A stretch of 44,686 nucleotides of DNA from an uncultured Eubacteriales bacterium (lineage in GTDB: Bacteria > Bacillota > Clostridia > Saccharofermentanales > UBA5734). Position numbers and translations under genes: made by a program. The stretch is taken from assembly GCA_903919045.1 (NCBI GenBank), contig CAIXGU010000050.1, forward strand, positions 1 through 44,686, in the 5' to 3' direction. Numbering within the stretch: the stretch's first letter is position 1; each line of letters opens with the position of its first letter. Of the stretch, positions 23,770 to 32,296 are shown in pieces. A model generated the notes under the pieces. That model searched no databases. It had not been told where the DNA came from and saw only the letters and a list, made by a program, of their open reading frames with translations.

Positions 23770-25826
23770 GCGCGCCCGACCCCTTCGCGCTGCCGGTCTC
23801 CGCGCTGCGCGGCATCGCCGGGCGCCGCGCCGAAGCCTTCGCGCGCCTCGGCGCCGACTCGCTCGGCGGGCTCCTGACGCTCTTCCCCCGCACGTACGAG
23901 GATTGGAGCGATCCGAAGGCGATCGGCGACCTGCTGGACGGCGAGGACGCCGCGTTCGTCGCCGAGGTCGCGCGCGACCCGACGCTGCGGCGCACCGGCC
24001 GCACGAGCCTCGTCCGCACCGTGCTCCGCGACCCCACCGGCGCCGTGGCCGCGGTCTGGTTCAACCAGCCCTACCTGCAGGGGAAGCTGAAGAAAGGCGA
24101 ACGCTACCTGTTCCGCGGGCGGATCAAGCGCCGCGACCTCGCCTTCGAGATCGCGAACCCCTCGTTCGAGGCCGCGCCCGAGGAGGGCGGCGCCGGCCTC
24201 AAGGCGGTCTATCCGCTGACGCAGGGCCTGACGCAGGGGATCGTCCGCGCGGCCGTGCACGAGACCCTCGGGCGCGTCGGCGCCTTCGTGCCGGAGCCGA
24301 TTCCGGTCCCGGTCCGGATGGAGCACCGCCTCGCAGCCGCCGAATACGCCTACCGGAGCATCCACGAGCCCGCTGCCCGGGAGGAGGTCGACCTCGCCCG
24401 CCGCCGCCTCGTGTTCGAGGAGCTCTTCCTGATGCAGGCGGGACTCCGGCTTCTGCGCACGCGCTCTTCGCGCCTGCATGCCGCGCCCGCGCTGCCGCGC
24501 GCCGAGGCGGTCGATCGCGCCGCCGCACGCCTGCCCTTCGCCCTGACCGACGCGCAGCGCCGCGTGCATGCCGAGATCGCCGCCGACCTGGCGCGGGACG
24601 TGCCGATGAACCGCCTCGTGCAGGGCGACGTCGGCTGCGGCAAGACCGTCCTCGCGGCGCTCGCGATGCTGCAGGCGCGCGAGGCCGGCTTCCAGTCCGC
24701 GCTGATGGCCCCGACCGCGATCCTCGCCGAGCAGCACCACGCGACCCTGGAGCGCCTCCTCGGACCGGGCCCGCGCATCGCCCTGCTGACCAGCGCGACG
24801 CCGCCCTCCCGCCGCAAGGGGATCCTGGCCGGGCTCGAGGACGGAGCGATCGACATGGTCGTCGGCACGCACGCCCTGCTCGAGACGGCCGTCCGCTTCC
24901 GCGCGCTCGGCCTCGCGGTCACCGACGAGCAGCACCGCTTCGGCGTCCGCCAGCGCACCGCCCTCGCGACCGGCGAGGGCCGCGTCCCGCACGTCCTCGT
25001 CATGTCCGCGACGCCGATCCCGCGCACCCTCGCGCTGATCCTCTACGGCGACCTCGACATCTCCCTCGTCGACGGCATGCCGGCCGGCCGCATCCCGATC
25101 GAGACCTACACGGCGAAGGAGGCGGACCGCCCCCGCATCCACGCCTTCCTGCGCAGGGAGGCGGAGCAGGGCCGCCAGGTCTACGTCGTCTGCCCGATGG
25201 TCGAGGAGAGCGAGGAACGCGACCTCGCCTCCGCCCAGGAGACCTACCGGCGTCTGTCGCAGGAAGTCTTCCCGGACCTGCCGGTCGCGTTGGTGCACGG
25301 GCGGATGAAGGCGAAGGAGAAGACCGACGCGATGGCGTCGTTCCGCTCCGGGACGACGCGGATCCTCGTGGCGACGACCGTGATCGAGGTCGGCGTGGAC
25401 CATCCCGAGGCGACGGTGATGGTCGTCGAGGACGCGGTGCGGTTCGGCCTCGCGCAGCTGCACCAGCTGCGGGGCCGCATCGGGCGCGGCGACAAGCGGT
25501 CGGTCTGCATCCTGATGGCCGAGGGCGCCGAGGGCGACGCCCTGGAGCGTCTCCGGACCCTCTGCCGGACGCAGGACGGCTTCCAGGTCGCCGAGAAGGA
25601 CCTCGAGCTCCGCGGCCCCGGCCAGTTCTTCGGCACCCGGCAGCACGGCCTGCCCGAGTTCCGCATCGCCGACCTCTACCGCGACCTGCCCGTCCTCAAG
25701 GAGGTGCAGGGAGCCCTCGACCGCCTGCTCGCCCGGGACCCGCTGCTCGCCGCGCCCGAGAACCGCGTCGTGCTGCCCGCCCTCCGCTCCCGGTTCGGGT
25801 CGCTGTTCCCGAACGTCGGGATCTAG
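23766..25826 (+). CDS. recG: ATP-dependent DNA helicase RecG
   Basis: The GTG overlaps the nth stop (GTGA). Walker A ..QGDVGCGKTVLA.., ..VTDEQHRFGV.. and ..QLHQLRGRIGRG.. are present, and the wedge-domain N-terminus resembles RecG. Confidence 0.93.
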   Translation: MSAPDPFALPVSALRGIAGRRAEAFARLGADSLGGLLTLFPRTYEDWSDPKAIGDLLDGEDAAFVAEVARDPTLRRTGRTSLVRTVLRDPTGAVAAVWFNQPYLQGKLKKGERYLFRGRIKRRDLAFEIANPSFEAAPEEGGAGLKAVYPLTQGLTQGIVRAAVHETLGRVGAFVPEPIPVPVRMEHRLAAAEYAYRSIHEPAAREEVDLARRRLVFEELFLMQAGLRLLRTRSSRLHAAPALPRAEAVDRAAARLPFALTDAQRRVHAEIAADLARDVPMNRLVQGDVGCGKTVLAALAMLQAREAGFQSALMAPTAILAEQHHATLERLLGPGPRIALLTSATPPSRRKGILAGLEDGAIDMVVGTHALLETAVRFRALGLAVTDEQHRFGVRQRTALATGEGRVPHVLVMSATPIPRTLALILYGDLDISLVDGMPAGRIPIETYTAKEADRPRIHAFLRREAEQGRQVYVVCPMVEESEERDLASAQETYRRLSQEVFPDLPVALVHGRMKAKEKTDAMASFRSGTTRILVATTVIEVGVDHPEATVMVVEDAVRFGLAQLHQLRGRIGRGDKRSVCILMAEGAEGDALERLRTLCRTQDGFQVAEKDLELRGPGQFFGTRQHGLPEFRIADLYRDLPVLKEVQGALDRLLARDPLLAAPENRVVLPALRSRFGSLFPNVGI

Positions 25827-25844
25827 GCGGACGGGGAGGGGAGC

Positions 25845-26411
25845 GTGCCGCGCGTCGTGGCCGGCTCCGCCGGCGGGATCCGCCTCCTCGCGCCGGACGG
25901 ACGCGGCACGCGCCCGACGTCGGACCGCGTGAAGGAGGCGCTCTTCAGCATCCTCGCGACGCGTCTCGGGGACGCCGACGTGCTCGACCTCTACGCAGGC
26001 ACCGGCCAGCTCGGGATCGAGGCGCTGAGCCGCGGCGCGCGCAGCGCCGCCTTCGTCGAGCGCGACCGCGCCTGCGCGGCCCTGCTCCGCGAGAACCTCG
26101 CGAGGACGCGGCTCACCGCTGCCGCCGAGGTCCTCGCGACGTCCGCCGATGCGGCGCTGCCCCGTCTCGCCCTGGCCGGCCGCGCCTTCGATCTCGTCCT
26201 GATCGACCCGCCGTACGCCGTCGCCCGCGACGCGCTGCGCGACGCGGCGGCCGCCTTCGCCGCGCACGGCCTGCTCCGGCCGGGCGCGACCGTGGTCCTC
26301 GAGCACGACGCGCGGCACGATCCGGAGCCGGATGTAATCAATCTGCAACGGCTCCGGAGTTGTCGCTACGGGAGCACGATGCTAACATTCTACTCGGAGA
26401 GGTCCGGTTGA
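25845..26411 (+). CDS. rsmD: 16S rRNA (guanine966-N2)-methyltransferase
   Basis: Motifs ..RPTSDRVKEALFSIL.., ..DLYAGTGQLGIEALSRGA.. and ..LIDPPY.. are present. The recG-rsmD-coaD order is conserved in Firmicutes. Confidence 0.9.
   Translation: MPRVVAGSAGGIRLLAPDGRGTRPTSDRVKEALFSILATRLGDADVLDLYAGTGQLGIEALSRGARSAAFVERDRACAALLRENLARTRLTAAAEVLATSADAALPRLALAGRAFDLVLIDPPYAVARDALRDAAAAFAAHGLLRPGATVVLEHDARHDPEPDVINLQRLRSCRYGSTMLTFYSERSG
26360..26388 (+). promoter_or_regulatory. Candidate promoter for coaD inside the rsmD 3' end: TTGTCG, 17-nt spacer, TAACAT, with an extended -10 TG
   Basis: TTGTCG at 26360-26365, 17-nt spacer, TAACAT at 26383-26388, with TG at 26380-26381. It lies in a locally A/T-richer stretch of coding sequence. 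Confidence 0.35.
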
Positions 26412-26431
26412 CCCGCCCCGGGAGGGACGAT

Positions 26432-26956
26432 TTGAAGCGCTGCATCTATCCCGGCTCCTTCGATCCCTTCACGAACGGCCACGCCGACATCGCGCGGCGC
26501 GCCGCGCGCCTGTGCGACGAACTCATCGTCGCCGTCCTCCACAACCGCGCCAAGGAACCCGCCTTCACGCTCGAGGAGCGCGTCGCGATGGCCGCGCGCG
26601 CCCTGCGGGACGTCCCGAACTGCCGCGTCGACGGCTTCGAGGGCCTGATGGTCGACTACTTCCGGAAGACCGGCGCGACGGCCGTCGTGCGCGGCCTCCG
26701 AAGCGAATCGGACTTCCGCTACGAGGCCGAGATCGCCGCTGCGAACCGCATCCTGCTGCCGGAATTCGAGTCGATCCTGCTCCCGTGCCGGACCGACCTG
26801 GCGTTCACGAGCGCGAAGATCGTCCGCGAGGTGGCCTCCTACGGGGGCGACATCCGCGGCATGGTGCCTCCCGAGATCGCCGACGAGGTGGCCCGCAGGC
26901 TCCTGCGGCGCGACCTGCGGGGCGAGGCGCCGCTCCTGTCCGAAGGGGAGGGCTGA
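26432..26956 (+). CDS. coaD: Phosphopantetheine adenylyltransferase
   Basis: TTG start 4 nt after the SD GGGAGGGA. Motifs ..CIYPGSFDPFTNGHADI.. and ..VRGLRSESDFRYE.. are present. Confidence 0.92.
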   Translation: MKRCIYPGSFDPFTNGHADIARRAARLCDELIVAVLHNRAKEPAFTLEERVAMAARALRDVPNCRVDGFEGLMVDYFRKTGATAVVRGLRSESDFRYEAEIAAANRILLPEFESILLPCRTDLAFTSAKIVREVASYGGDIRGMVPPEIADEVARRLLRRDLRGEAPLLSEGEG

Positions 26957-26962
26957 CCGACC

Positions 26963-27424
26963 ATGGAAGCGAAACGGGACCGGGGCGAGGACGTGAACGA
27001 CCTCATCGACCGTCTCGAGGACGCCGTCGCCGCCGCGCGCGGCATCCCGCTGTCGGGCAGCTGCATCGTCGACCGAGAGGAGATGATGGTCCTCATCGGG
27101 GCCGTGCGCGAGAACCTGCCCGCCGAGATCAAGCAGGCCGCCTGGATGCTCAACCAGAACCGCCAGCTGATCGCCGAGGCGAAGAAGGAGGCCGAGGCGA
27201 TCCGGAAGGACGCCGAGGCCCGCATGACCAGCATGATCGACGAGCACGAGATCACCGAACGCGCCCGCCGGATGGCCGCCGAGACCGTCGAGACGGCGAA
27301 CGGCACCGCGCGGACGATCCGCAACGGTGCGATCGACTACGCCCGCGCCAAGCTCTCGGAGCTCGAGGAGCAGCTGACCGAGGTGCTCGTCACGCTGCAG
27401 CGGCACAAGAAGGAACTGAAGTAG
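26963..27424 (+). CDS. Uncharacterised coiled-coil protein; from memory it resembles small proteins that pipelines label 'ATPase / V-type ATPase subunit H-like'
   Basis: G/C-ending codon bias in this frame. The sequence is charged and heptad-like: ..LIDRLEDAVAAARGIPLSG..VDREEMMVLIGAVRENLPAEIKQAAWML..AEAKKEAEAIRKDAEARM... No catalytic motif is visible. Confidence 0.75.
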   Translation: MEAKRDRGEDVNDLIDRLEDAVAAARGIPLSGSCIVDREEMMVLIGAVRENLPAEIKQAAWMLNQNRQLIAEAKKEAEAIRKDAEARMTSMIDEHEITERARRMAAETVETANGTARTIRNGAIDYARAKLSELEEQLTEVLVTLQRHKKELK

Positions 27425-27458
27425 ACCCGCCGCCGGAAGGGGCGGGAGACGGACGAAC

Positions 27459-27492
27459 GACGGGGAGGGCGGCCAAAGCCGCCCTCCCCGTC
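27459..27492. terminator. Perfect 15-bp GC-rich hairpin between convergent genes (candidate bidirectional terminator)
   Basis: GACGGGGAGGGCGGC at 27459-27473, loop CAAA, GCCGCCCTCCCCGTC at 27478-27492. There is no U-tract on either strand. Confidence 0.55.
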
Positions 27493-27514
27493 GCTTCGCG
27501 TCCGGACCGGAGCG

Positions 27515-28009
27515 CTACTTCTTCGCGGCGTGGAACACCATCGCCTGGCTGTCCTTCTCCGCGAGGGAGAGCGTCGCGCCGTCCGCGTCCGAGCCGATCG
27601 CATACGTCAGCGTCGCGTCGGACTGGGGCGTGCGGACCTGCTTCTTCTGCGGGCTGCCTTCGAACGGGTAGAAGCTGAAGGTGCGCTGCGTCAGCCGCAG
27701 GACGCCGTCCTTCGCCTCGTAGCGGCCTTCCTCGACGGAGATGCCGCCGATCGCGAAGGTCATGTGGTTCGCGGACGAGAAGTAGGTGCCGTCGGCGCGG
27801 AACTCGAACCAGACGCCGATCGGGAAGTCGCCGACGGGCTGGCCCTGCGCGTCGATCGCCACGTGCGTGCGGTCGGCGGCCGTGGTCCACTGTCCGGCGA
27901 GATCGGGATCGAGGACGGGCGTCGGCTTCTCGGCGGCGGAGGCCGCGCAGGCCGACAGGAGCGCCAGCGAAAGGGCGAGGACGGAAACGAGAACGAGGAT
28001 GCGCTTCAT
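27515..28009 (-). CDS. Lipoprotein of unknown function (lipocalin-like GxW start after the lipobox)
   Basis: The SD GGGAGGT precedes ATG 28009. The signal peptide MKRILVLVSVLALSLALLSAC carries the lipobox L-S-A-C. The mature part begins ..DPDLAGQWTT... I rejected the longer ORF start at 28081. Confidence 0.85.
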   Translation of the reverse strand: MKRILVLVSVLALSLALLSACAASAAEKPTPVLDPDLAGQWTTAADRTHVAIDAQGQPVGDFPIGVWFEFRADGTYFSSANHMTFAIGGISVEEGRYEAKDGVLRLTQRTFSFYPFEGSPQKKQVRTPQSDATLTYAIGSDADGATLSLAEKDSQAMVFHAAKK

Positions 28010-28217
28010 GGGGTACCTCCCGGAGCGGCCGATCCGCTCCTGCTTGATAGACGCTGCAGCGCACGGTTCGGTTCCAAGCACCGGAAGGACTCCCGCGCGT
28101 CAATTCCGAGCGAACCGCTATTTCATACGGAAACCGGACCCCATATGCCGAAAGGATTGTGGAATATGAATGAATCGCGCCCATTTGCACGTGAAGGACG
28201 ATGCGCGCCCACGAATG

Positions 28218-28255
28218 TTTTGATTCTCAAAATGGAACGTGGTACGACAGTTCCA
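28218..28255 (+). promoter_or_regulatory. Two adjacent inverted repeats upstream of DUF485-actP (candidate operator or 5'-UTR structure)
   Basis: TTTTGA-ttc-TCAAAA at 28218-28232 is followed directly by TGGAAC (28233-28238), an 11-nt spacer, and GTTCCA (28250-28255). Confidence 0.4.
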
Positions 28256-28289
28256 AGTGCCTCGGAGGAGGCGGAAGGAGGGCATCGCC

Positions 28290-28571
28290 ATGAGCCACGG
28301 ACCAGCGACCGAGTGGAAAGAGGACGGCGCGTCGGCCTACAAGACCCGGCTGGGCGTCATCATGTTCCTGGTCTACGCCGCCGTCTACGCGGCCTTCATC
28401 CTGATCGGCGTCTTCGCGCCGTCGTGGATGCGCGCCGACGTCGGCAGCCTCAACGTCGCGATCGTCTACGGATTCGGCCTCATCGTCCTCGCCGTCGTCC
28501 TCGCCTTCGTCTACAACCACCTCTGCACGCTGGCCGAGCGCCGGGCGGGGAAGAAGGAGGAGATCCTATGA
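28290..28571 (+). CDS. DUF485 (YjcH-like) small inner-membrane protein
   Basis: The SD GGAAGGAGGG precedes ATG 28290. Two TM helices are present (..VIMFLVYAAVYAAFILIGVF.., ..IVYGFGLIVLAVVLAFVY..). An ATGA overlap couples it to actP, matching the yjcH-actP pairing known from E. coli. Confidence 0.85.
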   Translation: MSHGPATEWKEDGASAYKTRLGVIMFLVYAAVYAAFILIGVFAPSWMRADVGSLNVAIVYGFGLIVLAVVLAFVYNHLCTLAERRAGKKEEIL

Positions 28572-30559
28572 ACTACGTCGCCTCGCCCTGGGCCGTCGGC
28601 ATCTTCGTCGCCTTCGTCGCCATGGTCCTCGCCATCTCCTACCACTTCGCGCGCCGGACCAAGACGGCGGCGGGCTACTTCGCAGCCGGCGGCCAGATCC
28701 ACTGGTCCGTGAACGGCGTCGCCTTCGCCGGCGACTACCTCTCCGCAGCCTCCTTCCTCGGCATCTGCGGAATGATCGCCACCTACGGCTACGACGGCTT
28801 CCTCTACTCGATCGGCTACCTCGCCGGCTGGGTGGTCGCCCTGTTCGTCGTCGCCGAGCCGATGAAGCGCCTGGGGAAGTTCACCTTCACCGATGCGCTC
28901 GACGCGAAGTTCAACTCGCGCGGCATCCGCCTGATGGGCGCGATCAGCACGCTCCTCGTGTCCCTTTTCTACCTGATCCCCCAGATGGTCGGCGCCGGCA
29001 CGCTCGTCACGCCGCTGCTCGGCCTGCCGCACGAGGCGGGCGTCGTCATGGTCGGCGTCATCGTCGTCCTGATCGTCGCCACCGCCGGGATGGCCTCGAC
29101 CACCTACGTCCAGTTCCTCAAGGGCGGCCTGCTGATCGTCTTCTCGCTCGTGCTCGTCTTCCTCGTCCTGTCGCGCGGCCTCACGACCGCACCGGACCAG
29201 GGCGGCAACGTCCCCGCGCACCGGTACGCGACGGTCGCGGTCTCCGACGTGACCGACGACTCGCTGACGGTGGTCGATCCCGCCTACACCCTCGGCGCCG
29301 TGCTGCATTCGGGTCCGCTCGTCTTCGTCCGCCTCGAGAAGGACGGGGAGTCCAGCTACTGGAAGCTCGACGCGGCGACGTCCGTCCTCACGGAGACCGA
29401 GACCATCCTCGTGAAGGCCGACGGCACGACGCTGTACAACGGCGCCCCGAAGGCGGAGGGCCGGTTCTTCCAGGTCGGCAACATGAGCGACATCGGCGGC
29501 GACGCCGACATCACGCTCACCACGATGGACCTCCTCAGCTTCTCCGCCGCGATCAAGAGCGGCACCGTCGTCCGCTGGGGCAAGGCCTCGGTCCCCGACG
29601 GCACGGACCATGTCACGATCTTCTACCAGAAGCCGACATCGGGCAGCGACGTGATGGCCCCGGGCCTCAAGTACAAGGTCGACGCCGCCAAGGGCGCCAC
29701 CACGGCGGACCGCCTGAACTTCATCTCGCTGATGCTGGCGCTGTTCTGCGGCACGGCGGCGCTCCCGCACATCCTGATCCGCTACTACACCGTCAAGAGC
29801 CCCGAGGCGGCCCGCAAGTCGACGATCGTGGCCATCGCGACGATCGGCCTCTTCTACCTGCTGACGCTCTACATGGGCCTCGGCGCGATGACGAGCGGCG
29901 TGCTCGACCTCACGAACGACAACATGGCCGCGCCGCTGCTCGCGAAGAGCTTCGGCATCTCGATCTTCGCGGTGATCTCGGCCATCGCCTTCGCGACGGT
30001 CCTCGGCACGGTCAGCGGCCTCATCGTCGCGGCGTCCGGCGCGGTCGCGCACGACCTGATGGACCGGCTGTCGAAGAAGGGCCTCGCCGAGAAGAAGAAG
30101 GTCACGGCCGGGAAGATCGCCGCGATCGGGGTCGGCGCGGTCGCGATCGTCCTCGGCATCCTGTTCAAGAGCATGAACGTATCGTTCCTCGTCGGGTGGG
30201 CCTTCGCGGTCGCCGCTTCGGCCAACCTGCCGTCGATCGTCATGATCCTGTTCTGGAAGCGGACGACCTCGCAGGGCGTCATCGCCTCCATCACGACCGG
30301 CCTCGTCGCATCGCTCGGCCTGATCCTCCTGTCGCAGGAGACGTTCGACCTGGTCTACCATGTGCAGGCGACCGCACCCGTGCCCGTCTCGAACCCCGCC
30401 ATCTTCTCGGTGCCCCTGAGCTTCCTCGCGCTCGTCGTCGTCTCGCTGCTGACGAAGGGACGCGCGAAAGCCGTCATCCCCGCCGCGCCCGCCGAAGCGG
30501 AAGCGGTCGCGGCAGCCGAGGGCGCCGCGGCCGAAGGCGTCGAGGCGGCGGACGACTGA
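28568..30559 (+). CDS. actP: Cation/acetate symporter (sodium:solute symporter family) with a large hydrophilic insertion
   Basis: The translation ..YFAAGGQIHWSVNGVAFAGDYLSAASFLGICGMI..GYDGFLYSIGYLAGW.. and ..GTAALPHILIRYYTV.. are ActP/SSS signatures. The substrate assignment is by family only. Confidence 0.88.
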   Translation: MNYVASPWAVGIFVAFVAMVLAISYHFARRTKTAAGYFAAGGQIHWSVNGVAFAGDYLSAASFLGICGMIATYGYDGFLYSIGYLAGWVVALFVVAEPMKRLGKFTFTDALDAKFNSRGIRLMGAISTLLVSLFYLIPQMVGAGTLVTPLLGLPHEAGVVMVGVIVVLIVATAGMASTTYVQFLKGGLLIVFSLVLVFLVLSRGLTTAPDQGGNVPAHRYATVAVSDVTDDSLTVVDPAYTLGAVLHSGPLVFVRLEKDGESSYWKLDAATSVLTETETILVKADGTTLYNGAPKAEGRFFQVGNMSDIGGDADITLTTMDLLSFSAAIKSGTVVRWGKASVPDGTDHVTIFYQKPTSGSDVMAPGLKYKVDAAKGATTADRLNFISLMLALFCGTAALPHILIRYYTVKSPEAARKSTIVAIATIGLFYLLTLYMGLGAMTSGVLDLTNDNMAAPLLAKSFGISIFAVISAIAFATVLGTVSGLIVAASGAVAHDLMDRLSKKGLAEKKKVTAGKIAAIGVGAVAIVLGILFKSMNVSFLVGWAFAVAASANLPSIVMILFWKRTTSQGVIASITTGLVASLGLILLSQETFDLVYHVQATAPVPVSNPAIFSVPLSFLALVVVSLLTKGRAKAVIPAAPAEAEAVAAAEGAAAEGVEAADD

Positions 30560-30586
30560 CATCCTCCGCGCCGTGCGCGGAACGAG

Positions 30587-30612
30587 GGGAGGGCCGGGCG
30601 ACCGGCCCTCCC
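30587..30612 (+). terminator. Perfect 11-bp GC hairpin after actP
   Basis: GGGAGGGCCGG at 30587-30597, loop GCGA, CCGGCCCTCCC at 30602-30612. No U-tract follows. Confidence 0.5.
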
Positions 30613-30613
30613 G

Positions 30614-30622
30614 TGCTATAAT
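30614..30622 (+). promoter_or_regulatory. Extended -10 promoter TGcTATAAT upstream of the thioesterase gene
   Basis: TG at 30614-30615 and consensus TATAAT at 30617-30622, 54 nt before ATG 30676. Confidence 0.55.
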
Positions 30623-30675
30623 CGGAACGCGCGGCGAAACCCCGGGGTGACCGGAGCCGCCGCCGAGGGGGTCCC

Positions 30676-31194
30676 ATGCGCCACCGCATCGTGAAGAAGC
30701 AGTACAACACGCACCATTGCCACGTCTGCGGCCTGTCGAACCGATCCGGGCTGCACGCGCGGTTCTATGAGCTCGAGAACGGCGACGTCGCCGGCGTCTT
30801 CGTCCCGCAGCCCGACCACCAGGGGTACCCCGGCCGCCTCCACGGCGGCATCGCGGCCTCGCTGCTCGACGAGGCGATCGCCCGCACCGCGAACGTCGCG
30901 CAGCCCGACATCTGGGCCGTGACGGTGGAGCTCGACGTCCGCTACCGGCGGCCCGTCCCGATGGACGCCGAGGTGAAGGCCGTCGGAAGCCTCACGCGGG
31001 ACACCCGCCGCCTATTCGAAGGCCGGGGCGTGATCCTGCTCCCCGACGGCGAGGTCGCCGTCGAGGCGACAGGCAAGTTCATGAAGCTGCCCTTCTCCGC
31101 GATCGCCGATCTCGACCTCTCGCACACGGATTGGCAGCCGGACGACCCCGAGGGGCAGCGCACGGAGATCGAGATCCCGGAGGAGAAGCCGTGA
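30676..31194 (+). CDS. PaaI-family (hotdog fold) acyl-CoA thioesterase
   Basis: The hotdog motif ..GYPGRLHGGIAASLLDEA.. is present, along with the N-terminal ..CHVCGLSNRSGLHARF.. typical of this subfamily. Confidence 0.85.
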   Translation: MRHRIVKKQYNTHHCHVCGLSNRSGLHARFYELENGDVAGVFVPQPDHQGYPGRLHGGIAASLLDEAIARTANVAQPDIWAVTVELDVRYRRPVPMDAEVKAVGSLTRDTRRLFEGRGVILLPDGEVAVEATGKFMKLPFSAIADLDLSHTDWQPDDPEGQRTEIEIPEEKP

Positions 31195-31670
31195 CTGCCA
31201 ACGGCCAGCTCCCGCGCCGCAGCGTCCGCCCGTCCGGCGCCGTCCTGCGGGCCGCCGAGGCCGAGGCCGCGCGGCCGCTCGCCGTCCGGCTCGCCGACCG
31301 CCGGTTCACCGGCCGCCTGCTGCTGCTCCTCGGCGCCTGCGAGCTCGCGAACGCCGTGTACGTGATCGCCGCGGACGCGGCCGCGAACGCCTCCGGCGAA
31401 GTCGCGACGTGGGCGACGGCCCTCGTCCGCCTCACGATCAGCGCGGCGCTCTATCTCCTCGCGTTCCAGGGCTTCCGGGTCGCCTGGTGGCTCTCCTTCG
31501 CCCGGCTCGCGCTCGGCGACGCCCTCTACGTGCTCGACCTGACGATGGCCTTCGACATCTCGACGGTCGTCTTCCTGCTCGTCTTCACCGGCCTCGGCCT
31601 CTGGCTGTTGCTCTCGCCCCGCGTCCGCGCCTATCGGGCGGACCGCCGCGAGAAGCGGACCTTCGCCTGA
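31191..31670 (+). CDS. Hypothetical membrane protein (about 4 hydrophobic segments)
   Basis: The GTG overlaps the thioesterase stop (GTGA). G/C third-position bias is strong in this frame. I recognise no motif. Confidence 0.65.
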   Translation: MTANGQLPRRSVRPSGAVLRAAEAEAARPLAVRLADRRFTGRLLLLLGACELANAVYVIAADAAANASGEVATWATALVRLTISAALYLLAFQGFRVAWWLSFARLALGDALYVLDLTMAFDISTVVFLLVFTGLGLWLLLSPRVRAYRADRREKRTFA

Positions 31671-31689
31671 GGCGGACGGGAGGCGCGCC

Positions 31690-32295
31690 GTGCCGCGGCC
31701 GCGCATCGCGGAGGCCTACGCGGGCCTCGACCGCGCGCTCTTCCTCGAGGAGCCGTACAAGGGGGAAGCCGCGTACGACGGTCCGCTCCCGATCGGATTC
31801 GGTCAGACGATCTCGCAGCCGAGCCTGGTCCTGCGCATGACCGAGCTGCTCGACCCCGGGCCGGCGTCGCGCGTGCTCGAGATCGGCACGGGCTCGGGAT
31901 ACCAGACGGCGCTGCTCGCCGCCGTGAGCGGCACCGTCGTGACCGTGGAGCGCATCGCGGCGCTGTCCGCGCGGGCGCAGGCGCGGCTTTCGGCGCTCGG
32001 GGCCGGCAACGTCCGCTTCGTGGTCGGGGACGGCAGCGACGGGGCGCCGGACGGTGCGCCGTACGACCGGATCCTGGTCACCGCGGGGGCCGCTCGGGTG
32101 CCCGCGCCCCTCGTCGCGCAGCTCGCGCCCGGCGGCCGGCTGGTGATCCCGGTCGGGACGAGGGGGTACCAGGAGCTGCTGCGGGTCGAGAAGCGCGCGG
32201 ACGGCAGCGTCGTCGCCTTCGAGGAAGGCGGCGTGGTATTCGTGGAGTTCGTGGGGCGCTACGGGTTCGGGCGACCGGATGGGGAAGGGGACTGA
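31690..32295 (+). CDS. pcm: Protein-L-isoaspartate O-methyltransferase
   Basis: GTG start after the SD GGGAGG. Motifs ..GQTISQPSLV.. and the SAM-binding ..VLEIGTGSGYQTALLA.. are present. Confidence 0.9.
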   Translation: MPRPRIAEAYAGLDRALFLEEPYKGEAAYDGPLPIGFGQTISQPSLVLRMTELLDPGPASRVLEIGTGSGYQTALLAAVSGTVVTVERIAALSARAQARLSALGAGNVRFVVGDGSDGAPDGAPYDRILVTAGAARVPAPLVAQLAPGGRLVIPVGTRGYQELLRVEKRADGSVVAFEEGGVVFVEFVGRYGFGRPDGEGD

Positions 32296-32296
32296 C

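Noticed and set aside
28233-28250. A sigma-54 promoter suggested by TGGAAC upstream of DUF485-actP.
   Set aside because: A GC dinucleotide at the correct distance from the GG (the -24/-12 spacing) is not present. I interpret the element as half of an inverted repeat instead.
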